64,000 nt of DNA from Balanoglossus misakiensis (taxonomy: Eukaryota > Animalia > Hemichordata): assembly GCA_040954595.2 (NCBI GenBank), contig CM082595.2, positions 6,560,093 through 6,624,092 of the forward strand. The letters are read 5' to 3'. This document shows, one piece after another, positions 26,801 through 38,129 of this stretch (positions are counted from its first letter, which is position 1; the number at the start of each line of letters is the position of its first letter). The translations under genes were made by a program, and so were the position numbers. Below the pieces are notes generated by a model. It was not told where the DNA came from and did no database searches. It saw only the letters and a list, made by a program, of their open reading frames with translations.

Positions 26801-29800
26801 ACGAGCAATAAATTTTCGCGAAATACGCGAGAACCAAAATAGCATGAAAATAAAAAGTCGCGTACATTGTTTTTGAAGATAACGATGCAGTGAATGAAAT
26901 AAGAGGAAGCGAAAATTAATACTCGCAAAAATAAAGTGTTTTACAGTATACAAATCTCAAATGAGATCATAGGATAAGAACCAAAAACCTGACTCTAATG
27001 TTGTTCCATGTTTTCATTGACAGAAAAGCCACTTAATGAAACACACAGCGAGGCAGAGAGGAAAGCTCAGAGATACTATCAGTCCTGTATGGATAAAAAG
27101 AAGCTCATTGAAAAAATTAAAGCTAAACCGCTAATAGAAGTAGTTAAAAAGGTACCTGCACCATGCAATCTCTTGTTTGCCTTGACGCTTCCTTTAAGTA
27201 TTTTTCATTCCCTCTACCCGATGGACAGACAGAGAGGTTGACGGACATGTAGGTTGACGGACATGTAGATTGACAGACTAACAGTTAAATTGATTAAGGC
27301 TACTGCATTTTATCGAACTGTCAACATACTGTGTACCAGGAAATTTTTGCAAACAATAAATTTTGCAAACTATGCATTGGCCAGAAAAAAATATGAAAAT
27401 AGATAGTTACAAATTTTTTTAAGAAAAATGGTTTACATTGTGAAATAAGAGTATGTGAAAATTAATTGTTGCGAAATATTCTTTTGAAATCGTGAAATTT
27501 CTAATCGCGAACATTTTCCAGTATTCTGCACACATGTTGTCAGAAGGGAGTTTTTGACTGTCGAAATCAGTGCATACAAATACATGTTTGTCTGTGCAAT
27601 TCATATCAACCATATAACAACCCCTGTTACTTTATACTTCTAGATTGGTGGATGGAGTATATTTGGAGAATGGAATGAGAGCAATTTTGATTTTAATGCA
27701 ACTCTGCGATCACTGAGTGACTTTGACGTACAGCCATTTTTTGGTCTCTGGGTTGGGATAGATGATAAGCGATCCACGCAAAACATTATACAGGTAGGTT
27801 GACCCTTGAAAACATGTTGTTATGCCAAAAGGGTTTATTAAAGGGACTTTATTAGTAACACCTGATCATTTTACAGTATTTTTGTTCTGTTTGTTGAATT
27901 AAGCCCAAATAGCTGCCACTTTTAGCATATTTTCATCGATGACATACTTCAATCTTTACCTTATTCTAAATCAACAGACAACAAAAATTGTTAATTTGTG
28001 GAGATTCTAACACCCTTGTTTGCATACCTCGATAGTTGCAAACTCTTGTAAAGGGTGACTGAATAAATAGATGCGTTGATAAGTTAAACACGTGCCATTT
28101 CATCATCCATCATGTTTTACTCGCATCCTGTAAGTTTTTTGCTGTCTTCATGATTCTACAAGCTGACATGTTGTATCCAATAGAATAGTATCACTGTGTA
28201 GAACATAATGCAAAGCCAAACGCATCAATGTCTTCCATTATGAAAGTGTCTTTCCTTTTTTTCTTGACAGATTGACCAAAGTGGTTTGGGTTTACCGAGC
28301 AGGGACTATTACCTCAAAAATAATTCTAAACCGGTAAGTTTGAGATGATTTAGAAAGATTTTTATGGCCTGTTCTCAGTCTCTTGGTTGCATACTGTCAG
28401 CCGCAGATAGATCCGGATCCCCCCCCCCCCCCTGCCCCAAAAAAGAGGGGCATGTTTGGTATTTGTCTTTTGATTGACAGGCAAATATATGTGGTCCTAG
28501 AACATGCATACTGGTACCTCAGCATACAAAACTGCACCCAATAATGTCCATTATCCATGTTCAGGGGTTTGCAACTAGACAATGATAAGACATTTATATA
28601 TGGTCAGCCCGTTATGTATGTATGTATATGCGTGTGTGTGTGTATGTATGTATGTACCGGTATGTGTGTGTGTGCGTGCATGCATGTGTGCGTGTGCGTT
28701 TAGGAGCTACATGGTACTACAGTCATGATTATGTTTTGTCTTGTGGCCAACAGGTCATGGATGCCTACCTGAAGTACATGACCACTGTGTGCACACTAAT
28801 GGGCGGACAAATTAATGAAACTCACCCACAGATGGAGGAGATTATAGAACTGGAAACCGAGCTTGCTAATGTAAGTTTAGCCTGAGAATCATTGTAACCT
28901 ATTACTAACCTGGCTATGTTGTAATATGTTCTGAATTAAAATAATATTATCTGTCAACAGAAAAGGCTCTATAGTTTGCCATATTTTATGTCTTCTAGAA
29001 CCTTCATTTTTTTCTATCAAATTCAACAGAAAACGGTGGCAAAACAAGCTTACATTAAACTTAAAATGTTTCCAATCAATCACAACAGACATTTTGTTAC
29101 ATTGTTTTACTCTTAACCGCTTTCAGATAACAGTACCACCAGACGCCAGGCGAGATGAAGAGGTGCTCTACCACCGACTGAAGTTCTCTGATCTGCATGC
29201 CAGGGCACCGGCTGTAAGTATACCCTACAAGATGACAGTGTTTCCATACAATGTACAAGACACGCCAGAAATTGCTCCAACATGGCAAACTCAAACACAA
29301 TGTTGATTTGATGTAGTGGTTTTGTGCGCGGACTTGCTTACTACGTGAGTTGGTGCAGTTGGTCTAGGTGCAAATCCTGTACAATACAAGTCAATTTTGC
29401 ATCCCATGACAAAAATCAACACTTGCATGTTGCTTTTCATATGTACAGATCGACTGGTTGTCAAATGTACAGTACATGTTTAGCAAAGCTGGTGTCACTG
29501 ACATCACTATGGATGAAAATGTTGTATTGTATGCCCCAGAGTACCTTCAGCAAGTGTCAGATCTTATTCTCAGAACTCCAGACAGGTAAGTTTGCCTAAA
29601 ACATGTCCGCAAAAGGGTGGACCATTTGTTCACTTGCAAGCAGATACTGTAAAACGGGAAATTTTCGCGATGATATATTTTTGCGAACTTCGCAAGAGCT
29701 GAAAAAAAACGCTGAAAGTTAAAAGTCGTTTTGGAGATATCAATGTAGTTAGTGAAATACAAGAACGTGATCATTGATCATCGTGTATCAGTTGCCTCTT

Positions 29801-32800
29801 TATATATTACGTGAAAATTTCCTGTTACGAAAATTCCCACTTTACAGCATAAAATGAATCGCAACTCTAAGGAATTGATATCCTGTCAGGGGTTACTGAT
29901 GCAAATGAAAATTGTGACTTTTTTCTCATCCAGGATTCTGAACAACTACATGGTGTGGCGAGCAGTGCAACGGATGGCGCCATACCTGAATCAAGCATTC
30001 CGGGATGCCTCCGCCGAGTTTTCCGAGTCGCTGTACGGAGCAAGCAGCCAGACGGTCAAGTGGAGGTTCTGCGTCACGGACACGGACGGCAGCATCGGCA
30101 TGGCACTGGGCGCCATGTTCGTTAGGGAAGCCTTTGATGGAAACAGCAAACGTTATGTAAGGGGAAAAATTTGAACCGAATTTTATGACTTGGTGAGATG
30201 GATCAAAAGATATCAGCACTGATGGGATAGTAATCATGACTTTTGATGTCATTGTCAAAATTCGCTGAGGACCGTTTATTGTTTTATTTGCTTAAGTATG
30301 TTGAAATCCCCGCATATTTGATGTGTTAATACAGCCTGCATATATAATATTCAATGTACATTTAACTATTGGCAGTTGTAATTTATTTTATGACAGATAG
30401 ACTCAGAACTTTTGTGTCAATTCATTCTAGAAATATTTTTGAAGTCCTCTATAGAGTGACAAGATGATTTGATGTGAATTTTCAATAACCATACGTGTTT
30501 GACAGACAAGTTCACGTTGTGTCTGCAGTCACCCGAACACATATTTTGGATGGAGTGTTCTCTCTAGAATTTTTTTAAGATAATTTGGCAGAAGTTTACA
30601 GCCTCCTGTGAGAGGTGTGTGATCATGTCCATTTAAAGGGACAAAGTCTCTCTCTTTCTGCCCTTTTTCTATTATTTATGTTTGATACGAGACACCGTTT
30701 ATGTTATTCTGCATGTGGATATATAGTGAATCAACATTCAACCACACACAATGTCCATTCTGTTTGTAGGATATGATAATATAAATCTTGCCAAAATTAA
30801 TAATCAGTAAACACTGATTATTCATTTTGGCGAGTTTTTCACTCTCGTGTCTACAAGTGGGATGGAAGTTGTGTGTTGTCGAATGTTCATTCACTATATA
30901 TCAACATGTAGAATACTATAAACAGTGTCTCGTATCAAACATAATTAATGGAAAAAGGATAGTGAGAGAGAAACTTTGTCCATTTAATGAGAGTAATGCA
31001 TTACTCTCCCAAAGTCAAAATTACACAGTGGCCATCATCATTGGCCTCTGGGGAGAACACTCTTGATGTCCATTTTTAGTAATCTTTGTCTTGCTGACTT
31101 GAGTTACAGGCCCAACAAATGATCAATGAAATCAGGGAGGCGTTCAAGGACAACTTCCCTAAGCTCGACTGGATGGACGAAGAAACAAGAGCGGCTGCTA
31201 GAGACAAGGTAAGGCAACTTAGATGGTGCAACAATATAACCACTTGAGTCTTAAAAGGGTGATAGTAGAGAGAAAATACTTTGTATACAAATTCGTCAGA
31301 CAGTCTGCAATGCGGTTAGCTTCCGTGCTACCATGATGCGCGTTGACTTGACCAGTAACACGACCAGTAAGAAGATACAGTAATTTAATTTGATTCGATT
31401 TGATTTACATTGTACGCAGATACTACAGACAGTCTGCAATGTGGAAAGCTTTCATGCTACAATGATTTGAGTTGACTTAACAGTAAGCAGATACTTTGAT
31501 TTTATTTTATTTTATTTTATTTTATTTGACCTACAGGCAGATGCTGTGGTGGACATGATTGGATTTCCAAACTACATCCTGGACCCAGCCAAGCTTGATG
31601 AAAGATACAAGGGGGTATGTAAGACACACAGTGGCATGTTATATATGGTGGGACTACAGCGGTTTGCACTGGACTCCACTGGAAACGTTGTGTGAACAAC
31701 GCCCTCTACTTTGGTTCTATGGACAGGACCAGCCACTCTGTTACTGCAGACTGTTGGCATTTCAAAGAACACATTAAATATTTTAAACTAATTGAAATCA
31801 TTAAAATGCTGCATATATAATTAGGTGCATTGCATGCAAGTTTGCTACATGCTGTTAAATTTGTTTATTTGTTTGTCTTTTCAGTTGGACTTCACAGAAG
31901 AGGAATATTTTGAAAACAATCTGCATCTGATTACGTTTAACATTCTGCAGTCACGAGAAAAGTTGCGGAAGAAAGTGAATAGAACCAAATGGGAAATGAC
32001 CCCGCCAACTGTGAATGCATATTACACACCAAGCAAGAATGAAATTGGTTGGTAGAAGTATTTATGAAGATCAAAGAGAATTATTGGCCAAATAACAAAA
32101 ACCTCAAGAGACATTTGTACTCGTAAAATGTGATTTTTAGTATTCATAAACTGACATCATCAAAATTCTATTTATTGAAACATCATAATATTCATTGACA
32201 ACTATTGCCAAATAAGTTAATATTATGCAAATTCATTCATTACAGCAACTAATCAGTGGAGGTTACTTTCACTAGAATATGGATATCCTTGCGCATCATT
32301 ATGTTGTTTGACTAAGTATTTTTCAAGTAAATAAAAATGTGTGTTATTTGTTATAGTGTTTCCTGCCGGTATATTGCAAGCACCGTTTTATGACCAGGAG
32401 TATCCAAAGTAAGTTGCAAAACCAGCTATGATTGGTCTATTTAGTTGTAACCCCAGGAATCATTGGTCAGATAAGTTGTAAAACCAGACATTATTGATTG
32501 ATACTTTGTAACATCACCGACGGTAGGTCAAAGACATTGTACCACCTGCTGTTATTGGTCACCCAAGATGTAACATTAGACTTAGTCTTTATTGGTTACA
32601 CTATAACACAGACAATCTACAAGCTGATCCAAGGCAGGAAAAAACATTGGACAAGTAGTTGTATATGTCATGAAGGAGAAAAACTATTTTAACATAAATT
32701 GTCAATGCTCTGGGTTTTCATGAAGGTTTAATTGACTTTGTGTGATTAAGATTGATGACTCACCATTGATATGACATAAAACATTTATCTATACAGACTG

Positions 32801-35018
32801 GTGTTACACCACTTATTCGAACATTTTCTGTTCTCATCCCACCCTCATTTGCATAATAGGTCGTTGAACTTTGGTGGCATTGGAGTAGTGGTCGGCCATG
32901 AGCTGACGCATGGCTTTGACGACCAAGGCAGAGAATTCGACAAGGACGGTAATCTGCTGCCCTGGTGGAACAACGCGACAGTCGGGAAATTTGAAGAGAG
33001 AACCGAATGCATGGTTAACAAGTACAACCAGTATAAAGTCAATGATGAAAATGTAAGTTTGAAATGGTATACTATTTTGATGTTCGGTGGAGCTATGCCT
33101 CCAACTTATATACGATAAAATCAACTTGTATTTTATAGGATTCAAACCCAGACCCACTGCACAAACTCATGTAGCAAGCAAGTCCATGCATAAAACCACT
33201 ACATCATGTCCACATACCCAAAAAGTGATGTACAGTAATAAGCTCAAAAGTAGATGTTGGGATTTCAAAATTAAGAGGGGAAGGGATTCTACGTGGGGGG
33301 GGGGGGGGGGGGGGGGTTGCTTTCAAGGAAAGTACATGTAACTGGGTGTTTTGACCAGCTATCGAAATTGTGGTCGAGAGTTATCATTGATAGTGTTCTA
33401 CCCCTGTGCAAAAATGTATATAATCTATGTACAGGTGTGTGTTCAGATACTGATTCAGATATACACTTGGATTCTGATCCGAATTCCGATTTGTTGTACA
33501 CAGGTGGATGGAAAACAAACCCTCGGTGAAAACATCGCTGACAACGGTGGTCTAAAGGCTGCATTTAATGTAAGAAATTTTTTCCAACCTTTCTGAATTT
33601 CTAAAATATGTGATTGGTAAATTGTGTTTCTGAAACGTTTAGTTTTACACAGTGTGAACATGGTATATATTGAGATATTTAAAAATGTTTTTTTCCCCAC
33701 ACAGGCTTATGATGGTTGGATTAGGCAGAATGGGCAGGAGGCTCCCCTGCCTGTCCTCAATCTCACTCACAGACAACTCTTCTTCCTAGGATTTGCTCAG
33801 GTTAGTAAAGTATAACAGAAGTACATAATGCTCATTTTTAGGCTGCAACCGAAATTTGTTGGGTATACGGTCACCTATGCAAATATACCAACAGTTACCA
33901 TGGTAAATTGAATTCTAGCCAATCATAGATTTTCAGTGGGTGGCGAAAAAAAGAGTGCTACCATAGGTTCTTTAGAACGCTCAAATACTCCATTTTAGCC
34001 ATATATGGGCGTATGTAAATTGGAGGTGACTGTATACCTTTAACGTGGACCATGTGGGGTACTTGTGGAGTTGTTTATACATACATATCTCAAGAAAAAC
34101 TTAATATCAGTAGAATGTCTATCCAATAGACCAGTCTGTCACACTTTGTGAGTATAGTGATCATTGTTATTGTTGAAAGTTGAATTAAATTTCTGCTTGA
34201 ATACATCTGCTGATGATAAACTGTTTATAACGATTTCATTTGCGTTTATCAGGTTTGGTGTTCAGCCAGTACTACAGCCAGCTCTCACCTCCAGTTGATC
34301 ACTGATTCACACAGCCCAGCAAAGTACCGGTAAGATTGCCAATCATCAACGCAATATTAATGCTTTCTGATGTACCATCAGATTGACTTGTTTTGAATCG
34401 GAATAGAGTTGTATTGTTGTGAGAGGTTGTGATAATGAATATTTGGAGATAGAATTATTGTTGTTGAATAACTCTTTCATGTTCTTGACTACAACCCTTG
34501 TCATCTTGTCTCTGTCAGTTGCACCCCTTGCAAAGTTACCCACTGCAGGCTTATTCCACCTACCCTTCACCATCCTCTCTCCACCATACTGTAAAACACT
34601 TTATTTTCGCAAGTTAAAATTTTCGCGATATTGAGAGAGGCCACTGTTTCGCAAGTATTAATTTTCGCGTTCTCTTATTTCATATACTGCATTGTTATAA
34701 AAAAATTATGCGATTTTTTATTTCCTTGCTATTTTGGCTCTCGCGTATTTCACGAAAATTTATTGCTCGCGAAAATTAAGTGTTTTACAGTATATCCTCA
34801 AGCTAATAACTGCACCACAACCACACTACACCCACCGAAGGTAGGCACCTGTCTGTTGCCGAAACCAACCTCAGTATCGAATCACCGATTTCCATCTTTC
34901 CTCTCACTTAAAACACAGGGTAATCGGAACTCTTTCCAACTCTGAAGATTTTGCCAAACAGTACAATTGCCCAGTGGGATCAACGATGAATCCTGCCAAG
35001 AAATGTGAAGTCTGGTAG
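23593..35018 (+). CDS. ECE1: Endothelin-converting enzyme-like M13 (neprilysin family) zinc metallopeptidase, 18 coding exons, 758 aa; likely invertebrate co-orthologue of ECE1/ECE2
   Basis: Manual join(23593-23836,25922-26125,27024-27151,27644-27793,28271-28333,28754-28870,29127-29213,29449-29585,29934-30156,31110-31208,31537-31614,31885-32047,32357-32408,32860-33052,33504-33569,33705-33800,34253-34329,34919-35018) = 2277 nt. All introns are GT-AG, phases are compatible and there is no internal stop. Short cytosolic tail, one TM helix, CLTPAC...[46 protein letters not shown]-terminal CEVW. The symbol means ECE1-like; exact orthology needs a phylogeny. Confidence 0.95.
24073..24423. mobile_element. 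Foldback MITE family A copy 1 (TTAA-flanked, Kolobok/T2-MITE type)
   Basis: TTAA|AGGGACAAAGTCTCTCT...AGAGAGACTTTGTCCCT|TTAA; the two halves are reverse complements over ~165 bp. Confidence 0.92.
24730..24914. mobile_element. MITE family B copy 2
   Basis: TTAA|AGGTATACGGTCACC...GGTGACTGTATACCT|TTAA, 185 bp. Confidence 0.9.
25922..26125 (+). CDS. ECE-like exon 2: N-terminal cysteine cluster of the M13 ectodomain
   Basis: tag|; [67 protein letters not shown]; G|gtgag; phase 1-1. Confidence 0.95.
26183..26537. mobile_element. Foldback MITE family A copy 2
   Basis: TTTA|AGGGACAAAGTCTCTCT...AGAGAGACTTTGTCCCT|TTAA; near full-length palindrome. Confidence 0.92.
26678..26762. mobile_element. 85-bp piggyBac-type mini element
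   Basis: TTAA|CCCTTTCACC...GGTGAGAGGG|TTAA, 9/10 TIR match; CCC...GGG ends with TTAA duplication are the piggyBac signature; single copy in the window. Confidence 0.65.
26781..26946. mobile_element. MITE family C copy 1 (TA-flanked, Tc1/mariner/pogo-type ends)
   Basis: TA|CTGTAAAACACTTTATTTT...AAAATAAAGTGTTTTACAG|TA. Confidence 0.9.
27024..27151 (+). CDS. ECE-like exon 3
   Basis: cag|; [24 protein letters not shown]...KPLIEVVKK; |gtacct. Confidence 0.92.
27329..27527. mobile_element. Degenerate TA-MITE related to family C
   Basis: TA|CTGTGTACCAGGAAATTTTTGC...CGCGAACATTTTCCAGTATTCTG; internal TTTTGC/GCGAAA motifs as in family C. Confidence 0.45.
27644..27793 (+). CDS. ECE-like exon 4
   Basis: tag|; [21 protein letters not shown]...[20 protein letters not shown]; |gtaggt (not in the ORF track). 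Confidence 0.92.
28271..28333 (+). CDS. ECE-like exon 5
   Basis: cag|; [21 protein letters not shown]; |gtaagt. Confidence 0.95.
28613..28700. repeat. Mixed (TATG)/(TG)/(TGCG) microsatellite in an intron
   Basis: Directly visible. Confidence 0.8.
28754..28870 (+). CDS. ECE-like exon 6
   Basis: cag|; [18 protein letters not shown]...[13 protein letters not shown]; |gtaagt. Confidence 0.93.
29127..29213 (+). CDS. ECE-like exon 7
   Basis: cag|; [29 protein letters not shown]; |gtaagt. Confidence 0.93.
29449..29585 (+). CDS. ECE-like exon 8
   Basis: cag|; [11 protein letters not shown]...[21 protein letters not shown]; AG|gtaagt, phase 2. Confidence 0.92.
29647..29847. mobile_element. TA-flanked MITE related to family C
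   Basis: TA|CTGTAAAACGGGAAATTTTCG...CGAAAATTCCCACTTTACAG. Confidence 0.75.
29934..30156 (+). CDS. ECE-like exon 9
   Basis: cag|; [11 protein letters not shown]...[33 protein letters not shown]; |gtaagg. Confidence 0.95.
30637..30983. mobile_element. Foldback MITE family A copy 3
   Basis: TTAA|AGGGACAAAGTCTCTCT...AGAGAAACTTTGTCCAT|TTAA; near full-length palindrome. Confidence 0.9.
31110..31208 (+). CDS. ECE-like exon 10
   Basis: cag|; [33 protein letters not shown]; |gtaagg. Confidence 0.95.
31537..31614 (+). CDS. ECE-like exon 11
   Basis: cag|; [26 protein letters not shown]; |gtatgt. Confidence 0.94.
31885..32047 (+). CDS. ECE-like exon 12 (VNAYY substrate-binding motif)
   Basis: cag|; [12 protein letters not shown]...[19 protein letters not shown]; G|gttggt. 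Confidence 0.95.
32357..32408 (+). CDS. ECE-like exon 13
   Basis: tag|; [17 protein letters not shown]; AA|gtaagt. Confidence 0.95.
32860..33052 (+). CDS. ECE-like exon 14 (HExxH zinc motif at 32897-32911)
   Basis: tag|; [36 protein letters not shown]...VNDEN; |gtaagt. Confidence 0.97.
33504..33569 (+). CDS. ECE-like exon 15 (ExxxD, third zinc ligand)
   Basis: cag|; [22 protein letters not shown]; |gtaaga. Confidence 0.96.
33705..33800 (+). CDS. ECE-like exon 16
   Basis: cag|; [32 protein letters not shown]; |gttagt. Confidence 0.95.
33861..34039. mobile_element. MITE family B copy 3
   Basis: GGGTATACGGTCACC...GGTGACTGTATACCT|TTAA; left flank degenerate; internal sequence matches copy 2. 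Confidence 0.87.
34253..34329 (+). CDS. ECE-like exon 17
   Basis: cag|; [25 protein letters not shown]; CG|gtaaga. Confidence 0.95.
34589..34790. mobile_element. MITE family C copy 2 (inverted relative to copy 1)
   Basis: TA|CTGTAAAACACTTTATTTTCGC...GCGAAAATTAAGTGTTTTACAG|TA. Confidence 0.9.
34919..35018 (+). CDS. ECE-like terminal coding exon 18
   Basis: cag|; [35 protein letters not shown] at 35016-35018. Confidence 0.96.
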
Positions 35019-37930
35019 TAGTTACTCTCCTCATACTGAATGTTACACGTCGCTGCAAAGCAGGGTTACTCCATTTCGTGATCAGGGCAGGTGTTCTGCA
35101 TTTGTATGGATTGGAAAAATGTTAATCATTCTTTGTTTCTTTAATAAGATAAAGTAAAGTAACCATTGTACATATACATGGAAGTTTTCATTTTCAAATA
35201 TTCATATAAACTTGAAAATATTTATGTACTTAAGATCACCTTAAAGAATACTGCGAACATTTCACAACACCATTTATAAATTAAGAAAAATGTGCTGTAT
35301 TAAACAGTAAGCTTAGTTCCAAGTCGTATTTAAGTTTGCCTTTTCAAAGGAAAGTCATAATATTCCTATTTCCATATCGATTTTTATACTTTTTCTCATT
35401 TATGACAATTTGAATCTATCATCATGTCTTTTTTCGGCTAGATTCAACTTGTCATTTTGTAGTTTGACTCAAAGGAACATTTGTACATGCATTTACACCA
35501 TTGTTAAAGTGTCAACAACACATAAAGGATATATCACTCTTATATGTACCGTGCATGTTAGGGACCAGTGTTGTTGGGTGATTACTCATAGTTCATATCT
35601 TTCTGTGTACACTGGTTTGTGTCACACAGTGTGTTGTGGATCAGTTGTGTTTAGTATGGGTTGTGTTAGAATTTAGAATGAGTTAATTTATATAGGGAAG
35701 TGTCAACGAAAACCAATTATCCAATCCGCTTTACAATAAATACAAAGTAAGAAAATGAGAAAATGTAACCAATAAGCGGAAAAAAAATACATATATCCTC
35801 TGATGAAAAGGTACAAATAGTGTTCATACCACTAAGTGCTAACTGTTCAGCATGAAACTGTCCCAAACAGTGTTCATGTACTTGCTGCAACAAATGGAAA
35901 CAGGCGCCTAGAATTTACCAAAAAGTTTTTTAGGTCTGCCTTGAACTGTTTGTACGTTTCTGCTTTCCTCAATCCTGCTGGTTATCCATTCCACCTTTCA
36001 GGGCCCTGAACACTGTACGGTAGTGCAGATTGTGTTACTTGTTTGCTTTTGCTTTGTTCAATAGGTTGCTGCATGTAATATACATCGCAATTAGTATTAC
36101 ATGCATATGTGTATTGGTTGTTTTTGAGATACAACATTTGACACATAAATTCATTAATCTGTTCCTTAGCAAGAAAACAATACAAGTAACTTTTGGTGTC
36201 AGACGAGCATTATATTACCACAGCAAAAATTTAAAAACTACTGCAGCTACTTCTTTAAATTTTTTGTGGAGCAACATCTTCATCAAAACTAAACACTTTA
36301 ATATTCCTGCCCATTTCATTCAGCATTTCTGTGATGGGAGAATGTTGATTTGTTCACTGTGATGTAATCTCAGTTGGAATATGTTTGTTTATACAAAAAG
36401 GGTCGTACAAACTGCTGCCATGTTTTTGTGTCAAATTGTTCTGTGTAAAATGTGAACCTGTTTCTAAGCATTTAATGTACATTCAACTGCTATGTTTCAC
36501 CATCAATTGAGAATGTGACATGAAATGAGGACAGAAAATCAAAGTATGTTTGGTTTGTATGGCTGGTACCATACTGCTTCATTGTTGTCTTTGTAACGTG
36601 AAAGTAAAATAATTTATCAGAGATGGAGGCTGTGCCACGTGATGTGATTTTGCGACCATTAAACAAAAAAACATTGTATGGATTCTTAGGCAGACATTTC
36701 ACTTGTCTTTGAAACACCCAAAATGTCCTACCTTCTTCTGATGGTGAACTCAATTGGGATTCATATGACCTTAAATTGCTGCACTTTGACCTTTGACCTC
36801 CAGTTGTACAGGCATGAAGTTTGAACTCAGTGTTAATGAATATGGTATTATTATTTACACTGCAGGTAAGCTCAGAAAGAACATACAATAAATTAAATTT
36901 GCACAGTGTTATTGTATATTGTACATTTGTGTCAAAAGTTTACTTTTACTTTTCATTAATTGACTGTTTATAGGTAAAAAAAATTATGATTCTATTGTAT
37001 AAGTTACATTAATATCAAAATTTACATGTGCTTTTAGTGAAGAACCAATTTAGCCTTAAATCCCTGGAAATCCACACAAGATATTCAGATTTAGTGTAAA
37101 AAACACTCAAATACATGAGTGTTGCTTTTTGTAAAAAAAGAAAATTCATTTATGTGTTGCAAGAGACTAATACGAATTTCCTAACTGTTACAGGTAATCT
37201 TAGATTAAGATGCACATTTGTTTGATCTTGTTATAACTCTTGCCTTCATTTTTTAAAATTAGTAATTTCCCATCATGTGTTTTGTGATTTAAACAAATCG
37301 CACTGCTGTATTCAACGAGCATTTTCACCAATTAAGTTGTGATTCACAGAAATTATTCAAGAAAATAGTTATGATGTCCATTTTACAGTAGAAACAACAG
37401 GATTTTATCTATAACTTTTACAATATAAAATAGTTTTGAAAAGAGAAAATGTGTCCCTAAAAGCTATTGATGGAAGGAACACAAATTGAAAAGATTTGAA
37501 GAAAAATGCCAATATTATTAAATTCTTACGTGTGCTAATATGAATAATGTATGCTTTAATATGAGAATTTGCATAGAACTTTTTAAGTCCTTTTATGAGA
37601 GAGCTTTAATGAATGTAGTGAGTATTTTGCATACATTTACATATTTAGTTAACCTGCCACAGCTTTACACTGTCTTACTGTGCTCCTTGCACAAAGAGTT
37701 ACATGTATTTTAAACAGAAAACACGATTATTTGAATTGTATATCAGATTCACATTTCTGTATTTCGCAAAAAAGTATTAGATTTTGCAGTTTGGGGTAAA
37801 AGTTTTGTAACAAGAAATTCCGACGCAGCAATTTTCAAAATTTAAGAATAGTATACTATATTTATTTAAGATATTATTTGTTTAAGATATTATGTATATG
37901 AACTTGTGCTGAATTACAAACCACCAGTAA
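35019..37930 (+). other. Probable 3' UTR of the ECE-like gene (end uncertain)
   Basis: AT-rich, no splice-bounded coding. AATAAA near 35735 and 36887, TATTTATTTA near 37858, GT-rich tract near 37950. The extent is inferred. Confidence 0.35.
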
Positions 37931-38129
37931 GTTAGTCAGTTGAGTTTCATTTTGTGTTGTTTGTGTTTTGGGATTCCCCCTGTTGATTTGCTTAGAAGAA
38001 TGTTTCATCTGTTCATTAGTAGAGCAATGCTGAGTGATTGAGATCCTCCAATGATCTTTTCTCTGAGCTGCTCACACGAAAACACGTTCTTTTGCCATCT
38101 TTGAATTTTCTGCCTACACTCACGACAGA

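Noticed and set aside
33295-33316. Poly-G run (and poly-C at ~28419-28432) as functional G-quadruplexes
   Set aside because: Isolated intronic homopolymers of unreliable length, with no supporting context.
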